DNA of 64,000 nt from assembly GCA_002189035.1 (NCBI GenBank), contig NEEC01000002.1:2232001-2296000 (forward strand), in the 5' to 3' direction. Source of the DNA: Utricularia gibba (Eukaryota > Plantae > Magnoliophyta). Below are positions 15,601 to 27,829 of the stretch, piece after piece. The notes beneath the pieces were generated by a model that was not told the DNA's origin, did not search any database, and worked only from the letters and a program-made list of their open reading frames with translations. A program made the position numbers and the translations under genes. How positions within the stretch are numbered: the stretch's first letter is position 1; the number at the start of each line of letters is the position of its first letter.

Positions 15601-16997
15601 TTCTTGATGTGAAGACTGGAGGCATGTATGGAGGGAGGACACAGTGAAGAGGATTTGGTATCAGATACCAGTGCAATTGGACACTGTGAAGAAGGTTTTA
15701 GTGACAACGTGCACAGAAAACGTAAGGTTCTAACAGAGGCTATATTGGGAGGACACGATACGCATGGGAATGCGGTAGCCAATAGGAAGGCGACAGCCAG
15801 GCCCCGTGGGACCCGTACCCGGCTCCGTACGGTCGGAAAAAAGGTTTAAAAGAACCACTCGGCCTGCTGGAAGACGTCAAAATAAGGGTGCGTAAGGCCC
15901 TTAACGTTGCATGGGTAAAAGAGTCATTTCCTCCATTCTTGTCCACGCTCTTCAAAAGATAATACTCGCTTCAATCGGCTCTAGGAAAAGACAATAATCC
16001 CTTTAATCTTCCGGAAATCAGGTCACATACAAATCTAATTATTTTTATTTGATATTCTATATATTAAAATAAAAAATAATAATATTGGAGGATGATTTGT
16101 CTTGTTTTTCATAAACGAGTTTTTGTCGGAATCCCAAGCGCAAAACCTATGCCTCATCCCATTCTCTCCAACAAACTCTCATCTTCTCACTGCGGATTGA
16201 ACGGTAAATCCTTCATAATTTACGGTGATCTCCACTTCTTTTGTTTCATTTCATTACATTACATGCGGCGCAACGCAACGCCTCTTTTTTACCGATTCAT
16301 CCAACTAGAAAAGGTAAAAGAAGGAGGCTGTTACTGCTGCTGAGGGTGGGGCCCCGAGAAACAGAACGCGTCTACTTCTCCAAAAACTCGCACGTGAGCT
16401 ATTGTCGTTGCACCGACCCCGGTTCAGGTAATCTTCTTCCCCCGGTCCGTCGATAAAAAAATAATAATAAATGTAATTTATTATTTAATTGGTGGCGATT
16501 TTTTAGAGATTTAATAATTTATTTAATGCAATATAAAGTGAATTTATGAAGAAGAATCTGGCCAATGAGAGAAGAGAAAAGGAGAGAGGTTAAAACATAA
16601 GCAGACAGGAATCGCGCCACGCGGCGTGGGGCCCAGGAGTTGCCATGTTGGCGTTAGAGAATCGCGGCCCTTGGATGCAGTTTTTATCGGACGGCAGATC
16701 GACCGTTTCGTGGTGGTGGAGAAATCGTTGCCGTCCATTTCGGCATGAAGCCTGCGTTTCTCTCGTGTTGAAAAATGGAATGGATGAGCTGAGAGAGAGT
16801 GCGCGTGTAGAGAGAGAAAGAGGAGAAGCAGAAAAGCCGAGAGGAGGGCGGAGAATGTGAGGGCGAGGTGTGGGGAGTGAGAAGTATTTCAACAGATTCG
16901 ATCTCAGCGCTTGTTTTCGATTTCTCTGGTTTTCCTGCGGTGGAGATGGCGAAAATCCGCTTAATTTTTCGTGCTTGATCGCCGGGGAATGATTTGG

Positions 16998-19900
16998 ATG
17001 GAGAGGAATAGGGATTTGCGACGGGCGAGTGGTTCTAGTATGAATGGTTTCAGAAAGCGTCAGAGGGTAACCGTTGAGAGAGATTCAACAGGTCTGGATG
17101 ATTCTCCGGAAAACTTTTGAATTCTCAGTTTCTGAATCTTTGTTTATTTTTTCGGTTTTGAAGATGAGGGTGTGCGGTCGGAGTTCCTGGATACAGTGAA
17201 CTTTGGAGATCCAGAGCCTTTGAAGAAGGAAAAGGAATGGGGCTTTACGAAGAGGAGGCCAGTCGAGAGGTGTACGGCGCAGCAGGGAAGTGGCGGGGAT
17301 GGGAGATGTAGACAGAGTGAGAGCACATATTCGAGTGACGAAGAGTGCGGTGAAGAGGAAGATGACGTTAGGGTTCATCATCCGCGACATCGATTTCCTT
17401 CTCCGTCGTCTTTCTCCGTTGTTAACAACCGCCGCCGCTTTCGCGATCTCACGTCGTCTCCTGACCTGAGAAATTGCGCCGATGAAATCCTAGGTTTTTC
17501 TGTTCCTCGAAGAACTCGCTCTGGTTTGTCTTCCCCACGCTTAGTTATTGCTATCCTTTTTTTTTTCTTTTTTTCTGAATCTTCCCCAATCTTCGACAAA
17601 ATTATCAGCTATGGCAAGAAAATTTCCAGACGGTCTGCATTCAAGAAAATCGCCGGCATCATTCGGCGGTTCATCGAAGAAGAAGGTGATTGATTGCAAT
17701 TTTTTGTTTTTTGGAATTTTTTGACGCAATATCTGTCGCTGAAAGTAGCCATCACGATATTCGGTAATTGGATTTGTTCTTCCCACTTGTTCGTTTCGCA
17801 GAAGTATCCGGAGGCTAAAGCTGGGTTTTGGAACTGCCCATCCGATTCATTGGCTTCTCCGGCTGACATCGAAATCGAAGCTGCTGAAGCTCTTTTCGAT
17901 CTGATGCAGCAAACTCATTCTCAATCCCAAGTTCGCAAAGAGCCAGGAAAACTCAGTAGAGATATGATATGCAACGCCCGTGACGGTAAGTTTCTCGATT
18001 TCTTCTGTGATCTGATTTAACGTTAGTGATAAGTCGTTGCCTTGAATAGTGTGTTTTGGGGGGATTACAGAGTAAAGGTTTTAAGAGCTGATGGTAACGA
18101 CAAGAATAATTCCTTTTCAGATGAGGATGAACCATCAGCGAAAGCGAAAGCTGGGGGAACTGTGCTTGGCTCAATCGGAGCAGTGAAGAAACAAGTGGGT
18201 ATTGAGAAAGATAAATCTCTGGATGAAGGGTTTGAGGAATCAGTGCGTGGAGTTGAGCCCATGAATAAAGATGAAGTGGGGTCTCCAAAAGAAAGCGAAA
18301 CGCTATCATATGTCAAAGCAAATGCTCGTGATATCCGAGATCCGACAGTGACAAACGCGTGAGTATTTTCCAGTTTTCTTTCCATTTAATACATCCTTCT
18401 TTTTCTTTCATTCCCGATTCGGCTTTCTATTAGCTCCATCATTCGTTTATTGTGTCCTGCGCAGGAATCATGCAACTGATTCAGAAGCTAAAAAGGGAAC
18501 CAAACTCGAAATTGATTTGATGGTTAGCAGGATGATTAAAATTTAAAACGTGACCCTATGATTCCTATGTTGTCAAGTTATGTTTATGTGGGTTTGGGTT
18601 TTGTCTCCTGTTTTTTACAGGCTCCTCCAGCTTTGCCATCTTCTCCTGAACGAGATGATGTTGATCAACAGGCTGTTGCTAAGGTTTGCAACGCTACTTC
18701 TTCCCGTCTGCTCAAGTTCTTCCTCTGTTTTGTTTTCTTATGTATGAATTGGGTGTAGGATGGAGAAGGGATTGGAAAAAAGACCCCCCCGATGGTTCTG
18801 TCCCAAATGCTGCAGGAAAGCCGGGGATTTTCAAAGCAACTTGTCTTGGAGGATTCGAAAAATCAATGTAACAAAATTTGAAGCTTTTACGTCATAACAA
18901 GTCCCTCTGTTTAGTCTCAATACTCATGGTCTTTCTTTTTGCAGTGCCAACTTCTGCGTTGGCGTTAGCTGGCGCAATAAACAGCTTGCATGGGGTTCTT
19001 CCTCGTGGAGGGTGTGTATACAGTCTGACTCTTTATTTTTTAGGTGGTTCCCTAAGCTAAAATTTCGTTTTTCTTACAGGTATATGCCTCAGCTTCAAGC
19101 TGATTATCCAACGGATGCAAGTGCTAGATATGTGGAGGTGACTTCTCATTTTACTATGACGCGTATTTCGTTCTGTTACATGTACGGTTGCTTTATATTT
19201 TTTGTTTCATTTTTCATCTGCCACAGTTCAAAATGTCTGAGCCTCGGCCAAAGAGATGTGCTTTGCATCGTGGAATTGCACGCGATATCCTGAATCACCA
19301 ACAATTAATCAAGTCTGTATCATCAAGCTCAACTAGTCTTGTTTACACAAGTGGATCCCAGATGTCAAACCAAACACCTCAAAAACATGTTCCTGGGGAC
19401 CATCTTCTAGGAGACTCTACAGTCCTCAAAAAATCATCAGTGAGCATTTCTGACGCTCCGTCTGTGATTGATTACCTGAATAACCAAAGTTTGCGGCAAC
19501 AAGCTTTCTATCAGGCCTCAGCAAATGTCCCATTGGTAGGTTCATGTAGTCTTCAGTCCGTCATATGTTTAATATCCTGGATTGCAGTGAAAAGACGCTG
19601 AACTCTGTGGTTGTTTCTTATCGCAGCGTGGTCCGGGCCTTACACATCCAATTGGACAACTTCAGCGAATGAATTCAACCGGCTCATCGGCTGCTCACCA
19701 AACTGCTAGTGCAACTGGCAATACATCACTGCCTTCCAATCCAGCAGAAAGATCTATGAACTTGCCCCATGCCAGAGGGGTATCTACTGTGAACTTCAAT
19801 CATCCTGTTTACCCTACCAGGGAAGCAGCTTCTCCGTGCGTGTCATCGCTGCCGCACAGTGGCAGCCATGTTCCCAACTCATCGAGCATTGCTTTTCCTC

Positions 19901-20892
19901 CTTTTAAAGGGGCGTCCACTTCCGTGCCTCTTTTTGACCCTTCTTTTTGTCCTTCCTCATGTTTTCCGCTCAACCAGGATCAGCAACTGTCATTTCCTCA
20001 TCTTTCAAAGCTGCCAGCTTTACAGAACACGAGTTCATTGTCTCAAAATCAGCTTCCGGGTTTGCAGCAGAAGAAGCTGGATAGACTGTTTAGGACATCA
20101 TCAAGATCATCTATTGAGCATGGTCGGACAAGCAGCACGCCCACTCTTGGTGTTCTGGGTTCGCCTCCTGCAAATCCTCAAGCCGGTTCAGTCCTCAGCC
20201 AGCCAATGAACACCATATTGACCCCGCCGTTGGGTGCTGGTAATGATCCTTCCGGCCGCAGTTCTATGGGTAAAGCTGATCCCCTTCCTCATGGCCTTGC
20301 CTTGCCGTTTGGAGTAAACGATTATGCAGCTCCAGTTCTCAACTTCTCTGCGGCATCACAGCCTTCTGGCATTCTCCAGATGCCTCCTGATTCGGTCCGG
20401 ACAACGAAGTTTTCCACGGCGTCTGGAAACTCCATGATGAACCGTGGCCAGCTTCTCGACTTCTCGAACACTGGCCGTGCCGACTTGCCATCTGCAGCCC
20501 CTAGCCTCACAGAGCACCAGAAGCAGCAGCATCTCCAAAGGCATTACATGGGTCAACAACTAGAGGTATCGTCTTCAACAGCCAACCAGGGGGCTTCAAA
20601 CCCAACCACCATCCCAGCAGCGTCCTTCCGTCCCGGTAAAGGGGAGGCCTCAACACTTCCCATAATGTATCCGCTGCAACCAAAGAATCCTCTGGTTCAG
20701 CAGCCACCTCAGAGGCGACATGATGTCGGCAGAATCCAAACAGCATCATCGATGATGGTGATGAAAGGTAGCCTGAGGTATGCAGGCAGTGCTGGGCAGG
20801 CGGCGACTTATCAAGGAGAGATGGAGGCTCCTCCCAGCAAGAAGTCTTCTTCCGCTGCTTGCAGAGGGAATGTGATATCCATTTTAAGCTGA
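16998..20892 (+). CDS. TIME FOR COFFEE family protein (TIC/TKL-like), multi-exon
   Basis: MERNRDLRRASGSSMNGFRKRQR N-terminus, ADEILGFSVPRRTRS, DIEIEAAEALFDLM, KLEIDLM/APP, PRPKRCALHRGIARDI and NVISILS motifs characteristic of TIC/TKL. The last exon is long and low-complexity. One internal acceptor near 18070 is ambiguous. Confidence 0.85.
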
Positions 20893-22515
20893 ACGCACAA
20901 GCCATTAACAACTCGTAGCCCACTCGAGTCATGATGGCTCCCGAAGGCCGACCCGACTTGTTCAGCGGGTTGATCCCTTTTTTTTGGTCTGAACAGCCAG
21001 CCAGCGTATTGCTCGGCGGATCCATGTCTCCATAGACGTGTAGCATCAAATCGCCCAGGCCGCTGCGCATTCTTCTGGTATTTTGTCTTCTCGGCCTGGG
21101 ATTTTCAACCCTCGTAGCGGCGTCCCGTACGTAGGATGTATTATTTTGAAGTTTTTGAAAATAAGAAAAGCCGGATTTTTAGATTGAAACACATGAGTAG
21201 GTGCTGACATCTGCGCTAGCTGATTCATCTGCCTCAGGTGGAGCAGGTGGATCGAGAAGACCACCCCTCCAGTGTGATCATCCACAGGGAATGAGTTTCA
21301 CAGACAAACGATCTACATTGGAGGTTCAGGGTCTCAACCACCCTTGTGGATGAGTTTTAAACATCCACTCCATTGGAAAGGGTGAGCACAAATTCTCTTG
21401 GTGGCACAGAATGCATATACCGAAATCTGCCAACCAATTTCCTGAAGATACCTAACTTGAGTATCTCATACAAGGTACTTTATGAGTCGGCACAATATTC
21501 TTGGATCCTTCGCCCACACACCCCAGTAGGTTACCCATACAAAGATCTACAAACCATTTTAAGAGGCTTCTGGCTGAACTGGCCATACAAACCGTTCCTA
21601 AACAAAGTCCACATATTGCGAACAAGAATCTCAAGGAGAAATAGTGAGATCACTCGGTCACCTTCTACAATATCATCGGCAAAACCAGAGACTACTACCA
21701 TCTGAATGAAAACTCAGGGAACTGTTTCAAACCAAAATATCGAGATTACTAACAGATCTTGTAAAACATAATTCGATGGACTAATAATGAATTTCTGTAA
21801 AAAAATCTCTCAGAATCCTTTCGAATCGAATTCGGAGTCACAAGAATCCGATGCATAATGCAGAGATCCAGAAATGAACAAAATCTGATCGACTTAAGGA
21901 GGATGGATAGTATAGTCGCTCCAGGACGTGCACCGCCATAAGAAAAACGTAGGTGAATCTCAGTCGCCGAACGTGAAGCGTGGAGAAACGAGAAAGTATC
22001 TGTTTCAGCATTTCAAACACTGTTGTTTATCCATTGTTGAATCTTTGTTAAGACACTTTTGCCCTCCCCTCCAAAAAATATCGTCTACGAATCTCAGGTG
22101 GTGGAAGGGCAATGACGTCGTTTCCGTGGGTAATTTTACCATTCTTGGTCCGTTGCTCATCGTCATTCACGCCACCGTTTCTCTCGCCGCCCGATTCTGT
22201 GCTTCTCGTCGCACTTCGCCGTCGCCGTCTGGCTTCTCCGAGCGTGGTTCGTTTTCGTGCGTAGGGTAGATGGATTGATGTTCATTGTGGATTTCATATT
22301 CTTCTGTTTCTCACAAGAATCAAACTCGTTATGCTTATCTAATCTCTATTGGCAGTGGATTGAAGAACTAAATTTGCACAACAGAGCCATCAAATGGTTA
22401 CACCAAGTTGCCAAACTCGCTTTTCTCCCTATCTCTATTTGCAGCGTCGGAGAAAGTAGAACAACTTGCCCAATTTACCATTTTTCACTCGAAGACAGCG
22501 AAAGAGCCATTCGCC

Positions 22516-23304
22516 TCAGGGATTTTCAATCTTCACTCCTCCTGAATAAATCATTTCTGGGAACATGTATTCCATGCTTGCGAAGGATTTCTCTTCACTG
22601 TGAATCAAAAAATGGGACAGTTTGCAGGAGATCTGAATTCAAAATGAAAGAACAGGGCAAGGCAGACCTATTTAGCAGCAGGTCCTTGGAGTAATCACGG
22701 AGTTTGGAGATGCAAAATCCATTTTCATGTCCTTCTCCTGGGTGTGATCGTCCTCCTCGGAGCTTTCTACGATGCATTCATCGAAAATGTGGGTGGTTTT
22801 CGGATGGGGGCCGTGAGTGATGACACATGTATAGTCCTCGTAATGCTCCATTTCCTTGAGAGAGAGGCGCCTGATGAGATCTCTTGACCTGGAAAACGAG
22901 CCGTTGAACTGGGAACTCTTCGTCTTGATTCCGAATTCCGACGGCGGGGAAAGAGAATTGACTGCCGGAATCTGGATCTTTAACTTCGACCCAAGTAACG
23001 CCATTCTGTTAACTGGCTTACAGGAAAACCCCCCATCATCGCTTATCCTTTCTTCAGCAATGGAGTAAACCAGAGCCAATCCAATTGCCTCTGCTTCCCT
23101 TTGGGGATTCGGGTGCTGGTTTTGTGAAACTGGGCGCAAAGCTTTGGAGCAGCCAGCGTCGTGAAAGGCAAAAGGGTTGCTAGAAACCGAAGAATTCTTG
23201 GTTTCAAGAACAGAAACCGGACTAAACACAACGGTTTCTGGGTAATCAGAAAGCTTCCTACTGATGAACATCGGAGAAGTCAATAATGGAGGCTGATCAG
23301 CCAT
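22516..23304 (-). CDS. FCS-like zinc finger protein (FLZ8/MARD1-like) with degenerate zinc finger; possibly a pseudogene
   Basis: LMADQ start, FSPVSVLETK, IGLALVYSI, LLGSKLKIQIP, SEFGIKTK and EMEHYEDYTCVITHGPHPKTTHIFDECIVES are FLZ8-type blocks. The main frame stops at 22672. A vestigial last exon at 22597-22516 reads EEKSFASMEYMFPEMIYSGGVKIENP*. Confidence 0.8.
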
Positions 23305-24099
23305 CAAACTCCCTGGCCGGTGACCACCTCTCAATCCGGTTTCTTATACAGTCATTTTACCCTTCTCAGGCTGTAAAAAGACAACAGTAAAACCCCAAAC
23401 AAAACCCACCCACCCGCCCACTTGTTCACTTTTGTGAAAGCCCACGATGGAAACGATAAGAGTGAAAAGCAGAAAGCTCAAATTCTTGCTTCTGGAATGC
23501 CCAGCGTTATGCAGCTCCACATTTTTTCATCACCACCCTTTCGTTGGTGGGCTCTCTCTCTCATAAATTGATTTGACTACAGGAAATGAATGGAGCTGGA
23601 CAACTTTTTTTATGTTGCTTGACAAAATGGCGCAGTAGGGACTGCTTCCATATGTATTATTACCTGCTCAATTAAAAAAAAAATCGAAATTTGTTTCTCG
23701 GAATTTTGTCCATTTCTAACCAACCCTTAACGGGTAGGACACCCATTCTGAACCCGTCTCCCACCCTCCAATTATATGTCTTCCGTTGTAATGATAACTT
23801 CTGGAGGAGTACATTCCCTTGAATAAATAAATATGTCTGACATTATTTTTAAAAAAAAAAAATTCCCAGTTGATGAGAATCAATTACTGTAGGGAGATTA
23901 TTGATGCACGCCTTGGCATCCGTAGAATAGCATTACTGAAACTGTCCTTTTTTCTTTTACTGCTGCTGCGCCCTTTCTTCCCTTGCTCGTTCTTGTAATG
24001 TCTGGTGCAGTTAGAGATTTGCAGTTACTGTTCTGTGCTTGAAGGTTCTGGACTTGTGGCATACAAAGATGAAAAATGAACAGTGGATGTAAAGCATAT

Positions 24100-24284
24100 G
24101 AACTCTGGAGAAGCAGAGGCGGTGGGTCACACCCAAGAGCACAAGAACAGCGACGGTGATCGGGGATCCATCGCTGTCGCGCCGATCTGCTGATATGGTG
24201 GAAACTGGGATTTACCCATTTGTTCCCTCTGGTGCGGGAGACACAGCACCGGGGGAGAAGGGCATCTAGTGTTGCTGCTATCAC
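24100..24284 (-). pseudogene. Possible remnant of the 3' exons of a second GPI-anchored LTP
   Basis: A CAG acceptor is followed by Pro/Ser-rich sequence (PSPP, GAVSPAPEGT in a shifted frame) and then SDGSPITVAVLVLLGV, a GPI-signal-like tail. No 8-Cys exon is present and the putative intron is only 29 nt. Confidence 0.3.
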
Positions 24285-24312
24285 CTGTTTCGTTTGAACT
24301 TTACCCCGAAAA

Positions 24313-24492
24313 TCAATCAAGATTGTTAGATCGATTAACTCATTACATCAAAAGGACTCACCCTGGCGTCTGATAGGAGAAAGTGGTAGGACCAAAAGCA
24401 ATCAAGATTGTTAGATGGAATAACTCATTACATGAAGATGAGGGTGATGACTCACCCTCGCATCCGATAGGAGAAATTGGTAGGACCAAGTA
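24313..24492. repeat. Degenerate tandem duplication, two copies of about 85-95 bp
   Basis: CAATCAAGATTGTTAGAT..TAACTCATTACAT..GACTCACCCT..GATAGGAGAAA.TGGTAGGACCAA occurs at about 24314 and again at about 24400. Confidence 0.85.
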
Positions 24493-25367
24493 GATGAATA
24501 GTTTATATAGAGATACATTCTCTAATATTACAAGATAACTTTTCATAAGAATAGAAAAATATAAAATTATAAGAGTTGAATGTATAAAATGGGTAATATC
24601 GTATAAAGAGAGAATGAATTGTAACATTTGATATCAAAGTTAAACTCGATATCATATCAATGATGAGATTAGAGAGCACTTAAAAGATGATATTGTGTAT
24701 TTAAGAAGATAAGAATGTAAGAGTATAGACATTATAATAGTACCTTACATTGATTATAAATTAAAGATAATATGTATTCATCCTTGTGATCTTAATAATA
24801 TCTTTTTCTCGAAAAGATAAAACGTAAAATTATGAAAATTAAATATTCGAAACAAATAATATTATAAAGACGATATATAATCGTAAAAGATAAATTGGAG
24901 GAGCTTCTGTAGGGCATCAACCCAAAGAGGTAAGTCATGCAGTCCATGGGTTGATGAAGGAATGAAAGTGTTAGGACACATCAACAAGAACCAAAACTCG
25001 TCCATGTGAAGATATTAACTTTTAATTGTTAAAAATTGCCATTAAGGAATGATGTGTGCACTTCATTGAATCAAACAATTTTTTTTAAATTTCTTTAAAA
25101 TTGTGAAATAAATGCTCTATAATTTATAATCTTATATTAAACACTATTAATCTCATCATCCAACATTTTTCTTGCAAATGAATGTGAAATTAGATATAAT
25201 ATGGCAGTTAAATGAATATGAGCCTGAGCCTAGTAGAGAAGCAGAAGGAAAATGGGGTTAATCAAGGTATGCCACAAATACAATAACAAAATAAATGTAA
25301 ACATGAAGAACACTATTACAATCTCAATGGCACATAGTGTAAAAAAGGAACGGCAACCATCACTTCA

Positions 25368-26027
25368 TCAGAATCCCATTCCTCGGGAACCCATTAAAAC
25401 TGCTGTCACAAGAACGCCGCCGGCCATTCCAAGGGCTCCTCCGGTCACTCTGCCGCCAGCGGCGGAGGTGGGGGTATTTGTGGTCGGAGTTGTCCTCGAA
25501 TCTGACCCACAAAAGAAAAAATGAAGTCGAGGTTGATGTAATGAGTTATTCTGAGATTAAAGTATAATTAATTACCTGTACGGGATGGTGACGGAGGAAG
25601 GCCATCGGCGGAGGGGGCGGAAGCCGGGGGAGATGTTGCCGGCCCACCTGAAATTCATCATTTTAACAACAGGAAGTTCTAGGAGATGGATGATGACATG
25701 TGGTGTTGTCTTACCGTTGTTGCACTGGCTAACAGGCGGCGTCCGGAGGTTGCAGGCGCCTGGGAGTGCCAGCGCCTGAGTTTGGTTGATTGCGACGCCA
25801 AAGGCGGCACCGCCGCCGTTGAGCAGGGCGCATAGGCACTGCGCCTGATTACTAACGACGGTGGAGAGCTGGGAACAGCAAGTCGTGGAAGGGGTCGACG
25901 AATTGCCGGTGACGAAGTTAAGGCACGGTGCTAGGCTGATCAGCGCCGCCGTGCATGGGTTCTGAGTCTGAGCCGCTGCCGTGCCCAGAAACATCACCAA
26001 AAGCGCCGCTGCCAGTTTCGCCGCCAT
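25368..26027 (-). CDS. Non-specific lipid transfer protein, GPI-anchored (LTPG/xylogen-like), 3 exons (26027-25715, about 25648-25577, about 25501-25368)
   Basis: Signal peptide MAAKLAAALLVMFLGTAAAQ, 8-Cys motif C..C..CC..CLC..C..C, Pro/Ser-rich exon 2 and hydrophobic C-terminal exon 3. Splice phases are consistent. Confidence 0.92.
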
Positions 26028-27031
26028 CTGCTGCAGTGAAGTAGAGGGATCTTCAACGGGGACACATAAAGACGATGATCCAGATAGGAATAAATAGCGG
26101 TACTGTGATGCAAACGTCGTCGTTTCCGTTGGCCTAACCTCTACCATAACCAAACTCAAAAGAACTTTCGCCTGTTGAATTGCATCATGGTCGTTAAAAG
26201 TTGTTGAGCTAAAAGCATCCATTTTTTTAATCATTTTAAAATGTGGTCAAATAATATTTTAGAATTGAAATCCTTTTTTTTGTTTCCGTTTGTCTTAATT
26301 CATATATTTAATTCAATTTCAGTTTCGTATAATTATATAAGATATTTAAAATTTAAATTTGGTATTTAAAACTAATATATATAGATGCGGATACGTAGAT
26401 TCATCGATTCACGAATTTAGGTATATCGATTCATAATTTGAAAAATTATGAGTACATAGAAGTAATTCAATTTATAATATTTAGTTTATATTAAATTATT
26501 TTTAAAAATACTAAAATAAAATAATTTTAACTATAAAAATAATGAAACTTGAAATATGTGCATGTGCATTTACTCCTTAGATAGATTTAATTAGAATTTT
26601 GGAAACAAATTTATATATATTATTCGTATCATTATTGTCACAATCATAAAATATTTCTATAATCATGATCAAATAAAAAATAAATATAAATAAATTAAAA
26701 TCTAACAATCAATAATTTATAATATCATCAAATTCAAAAATTTATAAATAAAAATTCTTAATAAAAAATTCGATATTCACAGAAATCAAATGAAAAAATA
26801 TAGATATTAATAAAAAATAGGATTATAAGGAATATCTTAAAATATATATTTAATAAATGTTGGGTATTCACTGGTGTTGGAGTAGAGAGAGAGAGACGGG
26901 TTCAAAGCTACCACCGCCATCAGATTGAATCGCAGAGAGAAACTGCCGGACGGCCACCCGGACCTCCGGCTTCCGCATCTATAAAACCCCAACGGAGCCA
27001 CTGAACCATACACCAAGAACCAACAAGAAAA

Positions 27032-27268
27032 ATGGAGGGAAAGGCCAGAGTTGCATTCTTCTTGCTCTGCACCGTCGCCATTGCCGCAGCGCTCGTCTCG
27101 GCGGGCGACGACGTCGAGAGCGCCGCCCCGGCACCGCCCTTCGAATTCGGCACTTGCTTCGGCGACTGCAAGAAGAATTGCACTGAGGAGGGCAGCAACG
27201 ACGTCGTCTGCGGAGTGAAATGCGAAACCAAGTGCGCCGTGAAAGGCATCCAGGGCCACTTCAGTTAA
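27032..27268 (+). CDS. Ole e 6-like small secreted Cys-rich protein (78 aa)
   Basis: Signal peptide followed by CFGDCKKNC-x9-CGVKCETKC, the C-x3-C-x3-C-x9-C-x3-C-x3-C spacing of the Ole e 6 pollen allergen family. Confidence 0.8.
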   Translation: MEGKARVAFFLLCTVAIAAALVSAGDDVESAAPAPPFEFGTCFGDCKKNCTEEGSNDVVCGVKCETKCAVKGIQGHFS

Positions 27269-27829
27269 GCCTGGGCGTCGGCCATGGCGAAACCCCATCA
27301 CGACGGACCGCACGTGTGGCACCGACCACGCGACGGAGGATTTAGTACTAGTTTTAATAAGCCAGGTCTCACGTTGTATGCTTTGGATCCCTGAATGCTG
27401 CTAATAAACGCATAATATATCAATATGAAATATTAAAAATTAATACATTTTTGTTAGGATTTTTTTTCTAATTTGAAACAGTATTGATATTATGTGAATA
27501 TAAATAATTTTAAAATTATAACTGTTTTATAGTATAATATAAAATTATATTATAAATTTAATAAAAATAAAATAGATATTATATAATTTACTTCATGATA
27601 TAAATGTATTTTTTAAGTAGATAAAAAAGTAAATTTTAATCATAGATTAAACAAATTTAATAGTTCTACAATTAATCAAAATTTGAATTTTTGATTTTTA
27701 CAGAATGATTAAAGATGAAAATTTTCAAAAATTAAATAAAATCACTTTAGTAGACTATGTGTACAAATCTATGAACTTGTACTATTATCTCCAATATTTC
27801 AAAAATTTGAATTACTTTTTTGATATATG

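Noticed and set aside
25572-26234. 220-aa single ORF for the LTP
   Set aside because: The ORF track reads through promoter and intron sequence. The spliced 3-exon model from ATG 26027 fits the family.
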